Part shown: positions 47,771 through 57,987 of the stretch, piece after piece
Position numbering within the stretch: the first letter of the stretch is position 1
Layout of the letters: every line of letters starts with the position of its first letter
Source: Gammaproteobacteria bacterium
GTDB taxonomy: Bacteria; Pseudomonadota; Gammaproteobacteria; Ga0077536
Assembly: GCA_016191285.1 (NCBI GenBank)
Contig: JACPPA010000057.1
Coordinates: 977 to 64,976, forward strand
Length of the DNA stretch: 64,000 nucleotides
Direction: 5' to 3'
Program-made: the position numbers and the translations under genes
The notes under the pieces: model-generated
Databases searched by the model: none
What the model was told of the DNA's origin: nothing
What the model saw: only the letters and a program-made list of their open reading frames with translations

Positions 47771-48695
47771 CAACATTTTGCGCGAAGTGTCGTTCCAATA
47801 AACCGTGCAAGGTCGAGGGGCTGCGCCCGAACAACCGCGCGACTTCTGACAATTGCGCGCTGCGTTCGTCTAGCAGGCGAGCCGCTATCTGGGCTCGGAT
47901 ACGACATAGCTTGCGGCTTCGTGATTGGCTCCGGAGCAACGAAAGACTAACACCCAACTCGACCGCATAGTGCTCTGCCATCGCCGATAGTGTTTCAGAG
48001 GGCGGGCCAGACGCGTTCTCACCCAATGAAAACGAGCCCTGCGAATCGGTGCCCAGAAGTCGTGGGTCGGATGAATTCTCGCCCCGTAGCAGAGTCAACT
48101 CGCTGTCCGGGCCATCGACGCTGAGAAATTTTCGATATGCCCTGCGCGCGTCTCCCAATCGACTTCCGAACAACGCGAGTATTGATTCCGTCGTCAACCA
48201 AGAAACCGCCGTGAGCCCCACATAAGCGCGATGGCTACTCCATGGATAGTCCGTTGGTTCGGCTACCAGACCGGCACGTACTGGGTTGCGATGAATGTAT
48301 CGCACAAGGCTCACGAGATACGCAGTGTCGTTTATCAATATCGCCTTGTAGCGGCGTTCGAACAAATGCCCAGTCGTCAGGAGGTTTCGTTGCACGCGAC
48401 GCGCGTATTGGCTGGCGATGGATTGCATGAAGTGGCCTAACGGCCGCGTACCAACTTGAACTGCGAGGTGAATGTGGTTGCTCATCCAACAATACGCATG
48501 AATATGCGTGTCGTTGGCGCGGATCGCTCGCGCGATTGTCGTCTCGATCAGATCGCGATCAGAGTCGCAGTAAAAGATTTGCTGACGATGATTCCCACGC
48601 AAAATCACGTGATAAATTCCGCCCGCAAGATGAATTCTCGGTCGTCTCGGCATCCTTGCAATCCCAAAGCAGGCCATCCTTGGCCCGGTTGTCAC
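47766..48695 (-). mobile_element. REP-associated tyrosine transposase (RAYT; IS200-like Y1 HUH transposase fused to a DnaA-C-like HTH domain)
   Basis: HUH motif SNHIHLAV; catalytic Tyr region RYIHRNPVRAGL; 309 aa; flanked by inverted repeats at 47738-47770 and 48745-48839. Confidence 0.8.
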
Positions 48696-48744
48696 GGATT
48701 ATCGCAGAACCGATTGCATCTGCCAGCTTTAGCGTCTTCCACCG

Positions 48745-48839
48745 ATAATCGAATAAGCGAAACTCCGGCACCGTCCGGCACCGGCACCGTGCGGCCGTCA
48801 CCGTGCGGCAATAAACGAATATACGAAACTCCGGCACCG
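48745..48839. repeat. Right-side doublet of RAYT flanking repeats
   Basis: ataatcgaataagcgaaactccggcaccg (48745-48773) and ataaacgaatatacgaaactccggcaccg (48811-48839), direct copies ~65 bp apart, both inverted relative to 47738-47770. Confidence 0.75.
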
Positions 48840-48909
48840 CTTTTTACGAGATGTTCTCGCTGTCGCTACCGCGCGCGCTCCCGCTGTTTTCCTCCTCACG
48901 CGGTATCCG

Positions 48910-50067
48910 TTATCGCAGCTCCCGGAAAAAGGCGCGAACATCGTCAACCAATAGCTGCGGCTTTTCCATCGCCGCGAAATGCCCACCGGCCGGCATCGGG
49001 GTCCAGCGCTGAATATTGTAGGCTCGTTCGGCCCATTCACGCGGAGGCGTGGCAATCTCTTTGGGAAACAGTGCTATCGCAGTCGGCACGGTAACCTTGT
49101 CATTTTTTCCCATACGCCACGGATGCTGTCGCTCCTCAAAGTACAGTCGGGTGGAGGAATTAATCGTCTGGGTCGCCCAGTAAATCATAATGTTGGTCAG
49201 GAGCTGATCTTTGGTGTACGAGTTTTCGACATTGCCATTGCAATCACTCCACGTCCGGAATTTTTCGACGATCCAGGCACACAGACCAACCGGCGAATCG
49301 TTCAGTGCATAGCCTAGCGTCTGCGGCTTGGTGCCTTGAATGCCTTGATAGCCAGTTTCTTCGTTACGCCATTTATCCATCGACTGCAGAAAAGTTTGTT
49401 CCGTCGGAGAAAGATTCTGGCGATTGGCCGGATGTGGAGCGACACCGACCATATTGAGATGAATACCGGCAACGTGATCGGCATCGGCAAATCCTAACCG
49501 GGAGGTGACCATCGCCCCCCAATCCCCCCCTTGAGCGCCGTACCGTGTATAGCCAAGGACATCGTTCATCAGCACGGCGAACCACTCGGCAATGCGCGTG
49601 ATGTTGACTTGCCGATCGTGTGTCGGGTCAGAAAATCCATACCCCGGGAGCGAGGGTGCGATGACATCGAACGCATCAGCCGGATCACCGCCATGCGCCG
49701 CTGGATCGGTAAGCGGTCCAATGATCTCCACGAACTCGGCGATCGACCCGGGCCAGCCGTGCGTGATAATCAACGGAAACGGTTTTGGTCCTTTGCCGCG
49801 TTCGTGAATGTAGTGGAGTCGCTGACCATCGATAATGACGCGAAAATGCGTCCAGCGATTGAGCTGCCGCTCGTGCACCCGCCAGTCGTAGCGCGTGCGC
49901 CAGTAGTCGACCAACTCTTTCATGTAGGCCAAGTTCGTGCCGTAATCCCACGCAGAGTTCGGGACTTCCCCCGGCCATCGCACGCGCTCAAGCCGTTCAC
50001 GCAGATCGGTCAGTACGGCGTCTGACACATCGATACTGAATGGTTCTGGGGTCGTATATCGTGACAT
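48910..50067 (-). CDS. Epoxide hydrolase (microsomal-type N-terminal domain + alpha/beta hydrolase)
   Basis: ATG at 50067 with GGAGAC SD; EH N-terminal domain RWPGE...; oxyanion HGWPGS; catalytic nucleophile GGDWG. Confidence 0.85.
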   Translation of the reverse strand: MSRYTTPEPFSIDVSDAVLTDLRERLERVRWPGEVPNSAWDYGTNLAYMKELVDYWRTRYDWRVHERQLNRWTHFRVIIDGQRLHYIHERGKGPKPFPLIITHGWPGSIAEFVEIIGPLTDPAAHGGDPADAFDVIAPSLPGYGFSDPTHDRQVNITRIAEWFAVLMNDVLGYTRYGAQGGDWGAMVTSRLGFADADHVAGIHLNMVGVAPHPANRQNLSPTEQTFLQSMDKWRNEETGYQGIQGTKPQTLGYALNDSPVGLCAWIVEKFRTWSDCNGNVENSYTKDQLLTNIMIYWATQTINSSTRLYFEERQHPWRMGKNDKVTVPTAIALFPKEIATPPREWAERAYNIQRWTPMPAGGHFAAMEKPQLLVDDVRAFFRELR

Positions 50068-50238
50068 GATTCTTGGTCTCCAGAAACGTTGATATCCCGG
50101 CGACTTCAGCAGCGTTGTCGGGTGGGAAAGCGCAGTGCACCCGCCGAATGGGATCAACACGATCCGGCCCCAGTACTATGCATCGCCAGGGCAATCGTGC
50201 GATCTAATCGAAGGACGTGGCACGCCTGCGTTTTAAGG

Positions 50239-50670
50239 TTATCGATTCGCGTTGTACAACCCGATCAAGTCCTGCATGCTAATCGTGGCGACCACATTCA
50301 TGTCGTCGTCAAGCAATTCGTATAAAACGCCGTCGCTGCCGCGAATGCTGAAGGCGATAATCACATCCTGATCTCCCCCGCCTTCGCGATGAGGTTCGTT
50401 GCTCGGCGGGCTGGAAGTCAGGCTTCCTACCGGCCGGATCTCTTTAATCACGCCATTGGGGTGATAAAGCCGGTGTTCGCCTTGAATAACGAAGGTGTTG
50501 TTGTGCGCCAAGTGGCGGTGAAGAACGATTTGCTCGTTGGCGGAGAACTTGAATAGCACATCCGCGATATTGTTTTTCTCATCAACATCGAGAATGGAAA
50601 AGCGCAGATGCTCCAGGTCGCCGAGCTTCTGCCAGCTGATGTTGCGATCGTCAAAATTGAAAGCGCTCAT
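50239..50670 (-). CDS. Cupin domain protein (ChrR-like cupin)
   Basis: HRHLAHNNTFVIQGEH cupin motif; start ATG at 50670 chosen on SD spacing. Confidence 0.5.
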   Translation of the reverse strand: MSAFNFDDRNISWQKLGDLEHLRFSILDVDEKNNIADVLFKFSANEQIVLHRHLAHNNTFVIQGEHRLYHPNGVIKEIRPVGSLTSSPPSNEPHREGGGDQDVIIAFSIRGSDGVLYELLDDDMNVVATISMQDLIGLYNANR

Positions 50671-50734
50671 AGACATTACCTTCTGGTTGAATTGAATAAA
50701 GTTGCGTACAGTGATAGTGGCCAATAGAACCTCA

Positions 50735-51973
50735 TCACTCAGCAATCCCAGCCTGCGTGGTTGCTACCTCCCACACGAGCGGTAATCCATCCACCACGCC
50801 AACGAGGCCGCCACGAAACCGGATTTCCGCGCCAGGTGCGATCGCGAATTCGGGAATGCGCTTCAACCATTCCTCGATGGTGATCCGTATCTCGGTGCGC
50901 GCGAGATGCGCACCCGGACACAGGTGAGGTCCGTTACCGAACGTCGCGTGTTCGAAGGAGCTTCGGCGAAAATTAACCGTCAGCGCGTCGGCATTCAGCT
51001 GCTCATCCGTGCCGACCAAGGGAGTTGGAATGGCGACCATATCGCCCTGCCGCAATTGAACGCCGTCATACTCGATGTCGTTCCTCACTTCGCGCGCCAA
51101 GCTAACCACCGGGAAGCGGCGGAGCAGCTCTTGGACCGCGTTTGGAACGAGAGCGGGCTCGGCGATCAATTCGCGGCGATGTTCGGGGTTCCGCGCGAGG
51201 AACAGCAGCACGAATCCGAGGAAATTAACCACGGTGTCGAGTCCACCCAGCAGCATTTGCATGCACAGGCTTAGCATTTCTGATTTGCTGAGTTCGCGGC
51301 CGTTGACCTTGCCGTTGATGATGCGACTTAAGACGTCTTCGTCATCACCGCCAAAACGCGCGTCGATGTGCGGCTCGAGATAATCGTAGAGGTGTTGTTT
51401 GGCGTCGTGATAACTCATGCTGCCGTCGGGATGGACGATCTGATCCGTCCAAACTTTTATTTTGGCGACGTCGGTTTGCGGCAAATTCACCATCTCCATG
51501 AAAATCTGCACGGGCAGGATCTCGGCATACTCTTTCGTAAAATCGCATTGTCCCGTAGCGCGCACGTGTTCGACCAGTGCGCCCGCCAGCCGGCGAATCG
51601 TGCGCTCCATGCCGTTGACGGTTTTCGGCGCCAGGCTGGTGTTGAGCAGCAGGCGATAGGGGCGATGCGCCGGCGGATCCAACACCACGGGTAGCATCTG
51701 GTGCTGTTCGCCGACCGCTTTCGGAACCAGCATCACGCGACATGAAAAGCGTTCGTAGTCGGCGAAGACCTCCGCAATCATCCGGCCGCTGGTCGCCAGC
51801 CAATGTCCGCCGTTATGCGGCGTCCAGACCAGATCCGGCACGTCGGGCGCGTGCAGTTTCTGCCAGGCTTCATGAAACCCGTGCGCCACCCCTGGGGGGT
51901 TGTACAAATCGAAATCGATCACGCGCGCGGCCGGCACATTCGATGGGCGTTCGATTTTCGAATCAGGAGCCAC
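50735..51973 (-). CDS. Cytochrome P450 (second copy)
   Basis: Heme loop FGNGPHLCPGAHLAR; ELLR ExxR motif; GTG start with GGAGAA SD. Confidence 0.9.
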   Translation of the reverse strand: MAPDSKIERPSNVPAARVIDFDLYNPPGVAHGFHEAWQKLHAPDVPDLVWTPHNGGHWLATSGRMIAEVFADYERFSCRVMLVPKAVGEQHQMLPVVLDPPAHRPYRLLLNTSLAPKTVNGMERTIRRLAGALVEHVRATGQCDFTKEYAEILPVQIFMEMVNLPQTDVAKIKVWTDQIVHPDGSMSYHDAKQHLYDYLEPHIDARFGGDDEDVLSRIINGKVNGRELSKSEMLSLCMQMLLGGLDTVVNFLGFVLLFLARNPEHRRELIAEPALVPNAVQELLRRFPVVSLAREVRNDIEYDGVQLRQGDMVAIPTPLVGTDEQLNADALTVNFRRSSFEHATFGNGPHLCPGAHLARTEIRITIEEWLKRIPEFAIAPGAEIRFRGGLVGVVDGLPLVWEVATTQAGIAE

Positions 51974-52027
51974 GACAGATTTCTCCGCTCAGGTTGAACG
52001 CGATGCGATTACCGCCGGCCGTGCTTT

Positions 52028-52099
52028 GTGGGCGCCGGGCGCCGCTTTGAGCTTCGAATTCTGCGGAATTTCCCCATTCGCGGCTAAAGCCGCTCCCAC
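52028..52099. repeat. REP-like palindromic element, variant copy
   Basis: gtgggcgccgggcgccgctttgagcttcgaat ... attcgcggctaaagccgctcccaca. Confidence 0.65.
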
Positions 52100-52160
52100 A
52101 GCAGCAACACGTCGATAGATGAAGGTTCATTACGGGACATCGCACTAGCATTTCTTGGCT

Positions 52161-53174
52161 TCAAATTTTCGCCTTGAGCTTATAAACGCGCGTCGCCGTG
52201 CCACGAAACAAGCTGTCTTTTTCGGCTTCCGAATAACCTGCCGCCAATTTCTTAAACGCGTTCCACAGTACGGGATACGAAATCGCGCATTTGTCGACGG
52301 GGAAATTACTCTCGAACATGCAGCGCTCGGGTCCGAATTTTTCGATCGCATGGTGATAGTAACGTTTTTGCTTCGCGACCAGTTCATCGGAGCTCGGGGG
52401 CCGCTTGGCGGTTTCAAAACCGAACCCGTTCCAGGGCATGGCAAGCCCGCCAAGTTTAATGTTCACATTCGGGCAGGTCGCGAGTTCGGCCAGATCACGC
52501 GACCATTGCGTGAAAACCGCTTCCTGTTTGCCCGCATACGGACCAATGCCGACCGGCGTGCCTAGATGATCAAGCACGATCACGGCAGCGGGAAACGCGC
52601 GCGCCAAGGCCGTTAAATGCGGCGTCTGCGTGTGATAGTGATATGCGTCAAACGCCAGCCCCATGTCCGTCAGCACCTTGAATCCGGCACGGAAATCGCG
52701 ATCGCCATACAGGTTCCCATCGGTCAACCCCGGCATGCTCATCAGCGCATCGCTGGCGTCCCACGCCGCGATATCTCGAATTCCGCGAAATAGCGAACTC
52801 GCGGCCAAATGCGCTTCCAGCACCTCGCGCACCCGTGCGCCTAGGCGTAAATCGGCGGTGCCCATGATCGCGCCGATTTGTGCGGCTTGGGGTGTTTTGC
52901 GGGCACGCGCGGCAAAACCGTCAACCCATTCGGTTTCGCCTACTACTTTAAGTTCCTCGGGTCCGCTATCGCGGTAGCCTTCCCAGCATTGCAGATACAC
53001 CGTCTGCTCAACATGATGCGTCGCGGTATCCGCCCACAGCGTGTCGAGATCGTACTTCGGGAATTCCGGATTCACGGCGAAGAAGTGATGGTGCGGATCG
53101 ACAATGCGGCGGGTGGGTTCGAGAATTTCTTCGGTGACTTGAGCCAGCCAGTCTTCACGTACTTGGATTGTCAT
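52161..53174 (-). CDS. Amidohydrolase-2 family (TIM-barrel metal-dependent hydrolase/decarboxylase, ACMSD-like)
   Basis: VDPHHHF metal-binding N-terminus and PF04909-like pattern. Confidence 0.85.
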   Translation of the reverse strand: MTIQVREDWLAQVTEEILEPTRRIVDPHHHFFAVNPEFPKYDLDTLWADTATHHVEQTVYLQCWEGYRDSGPEELKVVGETEWVDGFAARARKTPQAAQIGAIMGTADLRLGARVREVLEAHLAASSLFRGIRDIAAWDASDALMSMPGLTDGNLYGDRDFRAGFKVLTDMGLAFDAYHYHTQTPHLTALARAFPAAVIVLDHLGTPVGIGPYAGKQEAVFTQWSRDLAELATCPNVNIKLGGLAMPWNGFGFETAKRPPSSDELVAKQKRYYHHAIEKFGPERCMFESNFPVDKCAISYPVLWNAFKKLAAGYSEAEKDSLFRGTATRVYKLKAKI

Positions 53175-53232
53175 GGTGCGGTCCTCGAGGTTGATGGGTG
53201 TTAATAGTGAGTCGCGGGATCAATCCGCCGCC

Positions 53233-53829
53233 CTAATCCAATAGGTCAACAAATCCTGGCAGCGCACGCACGCGGTCCAACCACGCACGGACCGCGGTGT
53301 ACGGTTCCAAACTGATGTCGCCGTCGCCACTTTGGGAAATTGCCGGGAAGGCTGCGATGTCGGCGACGGTGGGATGGTCCAATGCAATCCAGGCGCGGTT
53401 GGTTAGTCGGTCGTTGTACAGCTTCAGCGCATGCGCGCTTTGCTCGCGCACGGTATGGAAGTTGACGCAGAGCGACGGCAGCAATTTGGCCAGTCGTGCG
53501 TCATAAGGCCCCAAACGCACTTCGTAAGCCGCCGTGTAGAGCCAGGCGTTGACCACTGCTTCTTGATCCGGGTCGCGTGGCATCCAAGCGTCGTTGCCGT
53601 ATTTGCGCGCGAGCCAGACCAATATGGCCTGCGAATCGCGGAGAATGAGCGATCCCTCCTTCAGCGCCGGCACTTGGCCGAAGGGATTGACCGCCAAAAA
53701 TTCGAGGGTTTTGTGCTCGCCGTTTAGCAGATCAACCGGCTGACGTTGATAGGCGACACCGAGCAGACCCAGCAGCAGTCTGACCTTGTAACAATTAAGC
53801 GAAAGCGGAAAGTTGTAGAGAATAATCAT
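53233..53829 (-). CDS. Glutathione S-transferase
   Basis: ATG at 53829 (MIILYNFPLSLNCYKVRLLL...) with GGGAGA SD; GST N- and C-terminal domain pattern. Confidence 0.8.
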   Translation of the reverse strand: MIILYNFPLSLNCYKVRLLLGLLGVAYQRQPVDLLNGEHKTLEFLAVNPFGQVPALKEGSLILRDSQAILVWLARKYGNDAWMPRDPDQEAVVNAWLYTAAYEVRLGPYDARLAKLLPSLCVNFHTVREQSAHALKLYNDRLTNRAWIALDHPTVADIAAFPAISQSGDGDISLEPYTAVRAWLDRVRALPGFVDLLD

Positions 53830-53997
53830 CAACGTCTCCCTTGGGCGGTAATGGCTGGACACGAAATGAAGGCCTGATTGCCGCGCGATTGTAGGGCGAT
53901 CACCCGGTCCGTTCCATCGCCGAGTCATGTCCCGGTTGACGCTGAGGCGCTGGCGTCGGATGCTACTTACCCCGACCCTGCGTAGGGAATTCAAGGT

Positions 53998-55389
53998 ATG
54001 CGCTACAGCCATTCCGTTGGCGCCAGCACTTACCGCTTCGCGGATCTCAAAGCGGTGCTGGCTAAGGCGTCACCCGCGCGCTCCGGCGATTTTCTGGCCG
54101 GCGTGGCGGCCGGGAGCGCTGTCGAACGCATGGCGGCGCGTCTCTGCCTCGCCGACCTGCCGTTGTCCGTATTCTTGAACGAGACGTTGATCCCATACGA
54201 AACCGACGCCGTTACCCGACTGATCATCGATCGGCACGACCTTCAAGCCTTCACCGAAATCGCGCATTTCACGGTGGGCGATTTTCGCAATTGGTTGTTG
54301 CTGGAGGCGACTGACGAAGCGGCGCTGGCGCGAATCGCTCTCGCGGTAACCCCCGAGATGGCGGCCGCCGTGTCCAAGCTCATGCGTAATCAAGATCTCA
54401 TTCTGGTCGCGCGTAAGTGTCGCGTGATCACGCGTTTTCGAAACACCCTCGGGCTACCCGGTCGGTTGGCGGTGCGCTTACAGCCGAATCATCCGACCGA
54501 TGATGTCAAAGGCATTGCGGCGGTGATCCTCGATGGCCTTTTGTATGGTAGTGGCGACGCGGTGATCGGGATCAATCCCGCCAGCGATAGCTTGCCGGTC
54601 TTGATGGGGTTGTGGCGCATGGTCGATGACGTCATCCAGCGCTTTAACGTGCCGACCCAGTCCTGCGTGCTCACGCATGTCACTAACCAAATTCAAGCCA
54701 TCGAACGTGGCGCGCCGATCGATCTCGTGTTCCAGTCGATTGCGGGCACCGAAGCCGCCAATGCGAGTTTCGGCGTCACGTTGAAACTACTGGCCGAAGC
54801 GCGCGACGCCGCGCTGTCGCTCGGGCGTGGCACGGTGGGCGATAACGTCATGTACTTCGAAACCGGGCAGGGCAGCGCGTTGTCGGCGAACGCGAATTTT
54901 GGGATCGATCAGCAAACCTGCGAAGCACGCGCCTACGCGGTCGCGCGCGAATTCAAACCGCTGTTGGTGAATACCGTGGTCGGCTTCATTGGTCCCGAAT
55001 ATTTGTACGACGGAAAGCAGATCATTCGCGCCGGGCTTGAGGATCATTTTTGCGGCAAGTTGATGGGCGTGCCGCTGGGTTGCGATGTCTGTTACACCAA
55101 TCACGCCGAAGCCGATCAAGACGACATGGACAATCTATTAACGCTGTTGGGGGCAGCGGGTGTTACTTACATCATGGGCATCCCGGGGGCGGACGATATC
55201 ATGCTCAATTATCAGAGCACGTCGTTTCATGATGCGCTGTATCTGCGGACCGTGCTCGGGCTTAGGCACGCCCCCGAGTTCGAAGCTTGGCTTGAACACA
55301 GGCAAGTGACCGCGGGCGGCAAATTGCGCGCGTTACCGACGCAGCATGGTCTACTGCGTGCACTCAGCGATATGACACAGAACGCATGA
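53998..55389 (+). CDS. eutB: Ethanolamine ammonia-lyase large subunit
   Basis: 463 aa, EutB family sequence; stop overlaps eutC start (ATGA). Confidence 0.92.
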   Translation: MRYSHSVGASTYRFADLKAVLAKASPARSGDFLAGVAAGSAVERMAARLCLADLPLSVFLNETLIPYETDAVTRLIIDRHDLQAFTEIAHFTVGDFRNWLLLEATDEAALARIALAVTPEMAAAVSKLMRNQDLILVARKCRVITRFRNTLGLPGRLAVRLQPNHPTDDVKGIAAVILDGLLYGSGDAVIGINPASDSLPVLMGLWRMVDDVIQRFNVPTQSCVLTHVTNQIQAIERGAPIDLVFQSIAGTEAANASFGVTLKLLAEARDAALSLGRGTVGDNVMYFETGQGSALSANANFGIDQQTCEARAYAVAREFKPLLVNTVVGFIGPEYLYDGKQIIRAGLEDHFCGKLMGVPLGCDVCYTNHAEADQDDMDNLLTLLGAAGVTYIMGIPGADDIMLNYQSTSFHDALYLRTVLGLRHAPEFEAWLEHRQVTAGGKLRALPTQHGLLRALSDMTQNA

Positions 55390-56165
55390 CCCCCAAGCCG
55401 CCGGTGCCGGTCGCAATCGAAGCCAATCCGTGGGCTGAACTCAAGCAATTCACCTCGGCGCGGATCGCGCTCGGCCGGGTGGGGAGCAGCCTGCCAACGG
55501 ACGAGGTATTGCGCTTCGGACTTGCACACGCGGCGGCGCGCGATGCCGTGCATGCTCCGCTCGATTATGCGGCGCTCGGTCGCGAGTTGTCGGCCGCTGG
55601 CTTTGACTCGTACCGGGTGCACAGCCGCGCCGCGGATCGCCCAACTTATTTGCTGCGGCCCGATCTCGGGCGTGATCTGCGCGACGACAGCCGGGCGTTG
55701 CTGAGCTCGAATGCGGATAGGGAACTCGACACCGTGTTCGTGATCGCGGACGGACTTTCCGCATTCGCTATTACGCGACATGCGCTGCCGCTGCTCGTTG
55801 CGGTCCACGCACTGCTGCCTCCCACGTACGTAATGCCGCCTGTAGTGATCGTCAGTCAGGGTCGCGTCGCGATTGGAGACGCCATCGGTGAATCCCTGCG
55901 CGCGCGCAGTGTGGTGGTGTTAATTGGAGAACGGCCGGGACTGAGTTCGCCCGATAGTCTCGGCGTTTATCTCACTTACGCCCCCAAAATCGGACGTACT
56001 GACGCCGAACGCAATTGCGTTTCGAATATTCGACCCGAAGGTCTGGCGTATCCGGACGCGGCGCGTAAATTGAGCTGGCTGCTACAGACAGCGCTGCAGC
56101 TACGATTAAGCGGCATCGGACTCAAGGATCAAAGTGACCTGCTGGAATACCAGCCACACGAATGA
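55386..56165 (+). CDS. eutC: Ethanolamine ammonia-lyase small subunit
   Basis: 259 aa EutC family; translationally coupled to eutB. Confidence 0.9.
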   Translation: MTPKPPVPVAIEANPWAELKQFTSARIALGRVGSSLPTDEVLRFGLAHAAARDAVHAPLDYAALGRELSAAGFDSYRVHSRAADRPTYLLRPDLGRDLRDDSRALLSSNADRELDTVFVIADGLSAFAITRHALPLLVAVHALLPPTYVMPPVVIVSQGRVAIGDAIGESLRARSVVVLIGERPGLSSPDSLGVYLTYAPKIGRTDAERNCVSNIRPEGLAYPDAARKLSWLLQTALQLRLSGIGLKDQSDLLEYQPHE

Positions 56166-56171
56166 CTTTTT

Positions 56172-56194
56172 CCGCTCTCCCCGCGCGGGAGCGG
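56172..56194. terminator. GC-rich hairpin after eutC sharing a 16-mer (CCCCGCGCGGGAGCGG) with the hairpin at 2585-2608
   Basis: ccgctctccccgcgcgggagcgg inverted repeat. Confidence 0.35.
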
Positions 56195-56259
56195 AGCTAA
56201 CCCGGGTGGATGGATGTAGCGCGACAATAAATCGTTTAAAAATCTCTAGGGGAATATCG

Positions 56260-57810
56260 ATGAATTCAACACAGCACGGCGGCGCGGAGTTGCATGATGA
56301 CGATGTAAAAATTTTGCATGGCATGGGTTACGCCCAGGAATTACATCGCGGCATGGGCGCTTTTTCGAACTTTGCGATTTCCTTTTCGATCATTTGCATT
56401 CTGTCGGGGGGGATTAATTCATTGGCCCAAGCCACCTCTGGCGCGGGGGGCGCCGCGATTGGCATCGGGTGGCCAATCGGCTGTTTTTTCTCCTTCGTAT
56501 TCGCATTGGCCATGGCGCAAATCTCATCCGCCTATCCGACCGCAGGCGGTCTGTATCACTGGGGATCAATCCTCGGCAATCGTTTCACCGGGTGGGTGAC
56601 GGCGTGGTTTAACTTACTTGGCTTGGTGACCGTGCTCGGCGCAATTAATGTCGGTACTTATTATTTCTTCTTTGGCGCCTTCGGTCCGGCGCTCGGCATG
56701 GCGGACACGATCCCGGTGCGGATAACCGCCCTGGCGGTGTTGACCGGCATTCAGGCGTTAATCAATCACTATGGCATTGGCTTAACCGCCAAGCTGACGG
56801 ATTTTTCCGGCTATCTCATTTTCGCGACTGCGCTCGGACTCACGGTGGTGTGTCTCGCTTCCGCGCCGAGTTTTGAATTTAGTCGACTGTTCACCTTCGC
56901 CAATTATTCGGGTGAAGCCGGTGGCAATGTGTGGCCCGCGGTGTCCTCGAGCTGGGTGTTTGCGCTGGGTCTACTATTGCCGATTTATACCATCACGGGC
57001 TATGACGCCTCGGCGCACACCTCCGAAGAAACCAAAAACGCCGCGCAATCGGTGCCGCGCGGCATGGTCAGTTCGGTCATTTGGTCCACGGTGTTTGGCT
57101 ACCTCATGCTGTGCGCCTTCGTACTCATGCTGCCGAACATGGACGACGCCGCGAAACAAGGTTGGAATGTGTTCTTCTGGGGCATGGATGCACAGGTGAA
57201 TCCGACGGTGAAAGTTGTAACCTATGTGGCGATTTTTGTGTCGCAGTTTTTGTGCGGCTTAGCCACGGTCACTTCAGTATCGCGAATGATTTTTGCTTTT
57301 TCACGCGACGGTGGACTGCCCATGTCGAAGGCCCTGGCCAAAGTCTCGCCCGCTTATCGCACACCGGTTAACGCGATCTGGACGGGTTCGATCTTGGCCG
57401 TGCTGTTCGTATGGGGCTCGTCGCTGGTGTCGATCGGGGAGACTCCGGTGTATTCCATCGTTGTTTCCTGCACTGTTATTTTCATCTTCTTCTCGTTCGT
57501 CATTCCCATCACACTCGGGTTGTTTACTTACGGCACCGCAAAATGGCCAAAGATGGGACCGTGGAATATGGGGCGCGGACTGTTCTCGTTGTTCGCGCTG
57601 CTGTCCATCATCTCGATGGTGATCATTTTTATCATTGGCGTGCAGCCGCCTAATCAACTGGCATCGAATGTCACGCTGGGATTTTTGATTTTGACTGCGG
57701 TGGTCTGGTTCGGATTGGAAAATCGCCGCTTCAAAGGACCCCCGATTGGGGATGTGATCGCCAAGCGGCAAGCGGAAATTGCCGCGGCGGAAGCAGCGCT
57801 GAGTAAATAA
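56260..57810 (+). CDS. APC-family amino acid/ethanolamine permease
   Basis: ATG at 56260 (MNSTQHGG...) after aggggaa; 12-TM APC pattern; downstream of eutBC. Confidence 0.85.
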   Translation: MNSTQHGGAELHDDDVKILHGMGYAQELHRGMGAFSNFAISFSIICILSGGINSLAQATSGAGGAAIGIGWPIGCFFSFVFALAMAQISSAYPTAGGLYHWGSILGNRFTGWVTAWFNLLGLVTVLGAINVGTYYFFFGAFGPALGMADTIPVRITALAVLTGIQALINHYGIGLTAKLTDFSGYLIFATALGLTVVCLASAPSFEFSRLFTFANYSGEAGGNVWPAVSSSWVFALGLLLPIYTITGYDASAHTSEETKNAAQSVPRGMVSSVIWSTVFGYLMLCAFVLMLPNMDDAAKQGWNVFFWGMDAQVNPTVKVVTYVAIFVSQFLCGLATVTSVSRMIFAFSRDGGLPMSKALAKVSPAYRTPVNAIWTGSILAVLFVWGSSLVSIGETPVYSIVVSCTVIFIFFSFVIPITLGLFTYGTAKWPKMGPWNMGRGLFSLFALLSIISMVIIFIIGVQPPNQLASNVTLGFLILTAVVWFGLENRRFKGPPIGDVIAKRQAEIAAAEAALSK

Positions 57811-57987
57811 ATACGCATAGTTATAGTGGGCGGCGTCAGCCGATCGTGGCGCCGCCTCGCTAGACGCCGAAGTGGCGGCATACCGTCGAGCGCTTGAAAT
57901 CGCATTTCCAAAAGTGGAATGACAGCGTGGCGTAAAATCGAAATGGGTGGGTTGATAAACCGAGCCTAGGGATTAGGATACTCAGTA

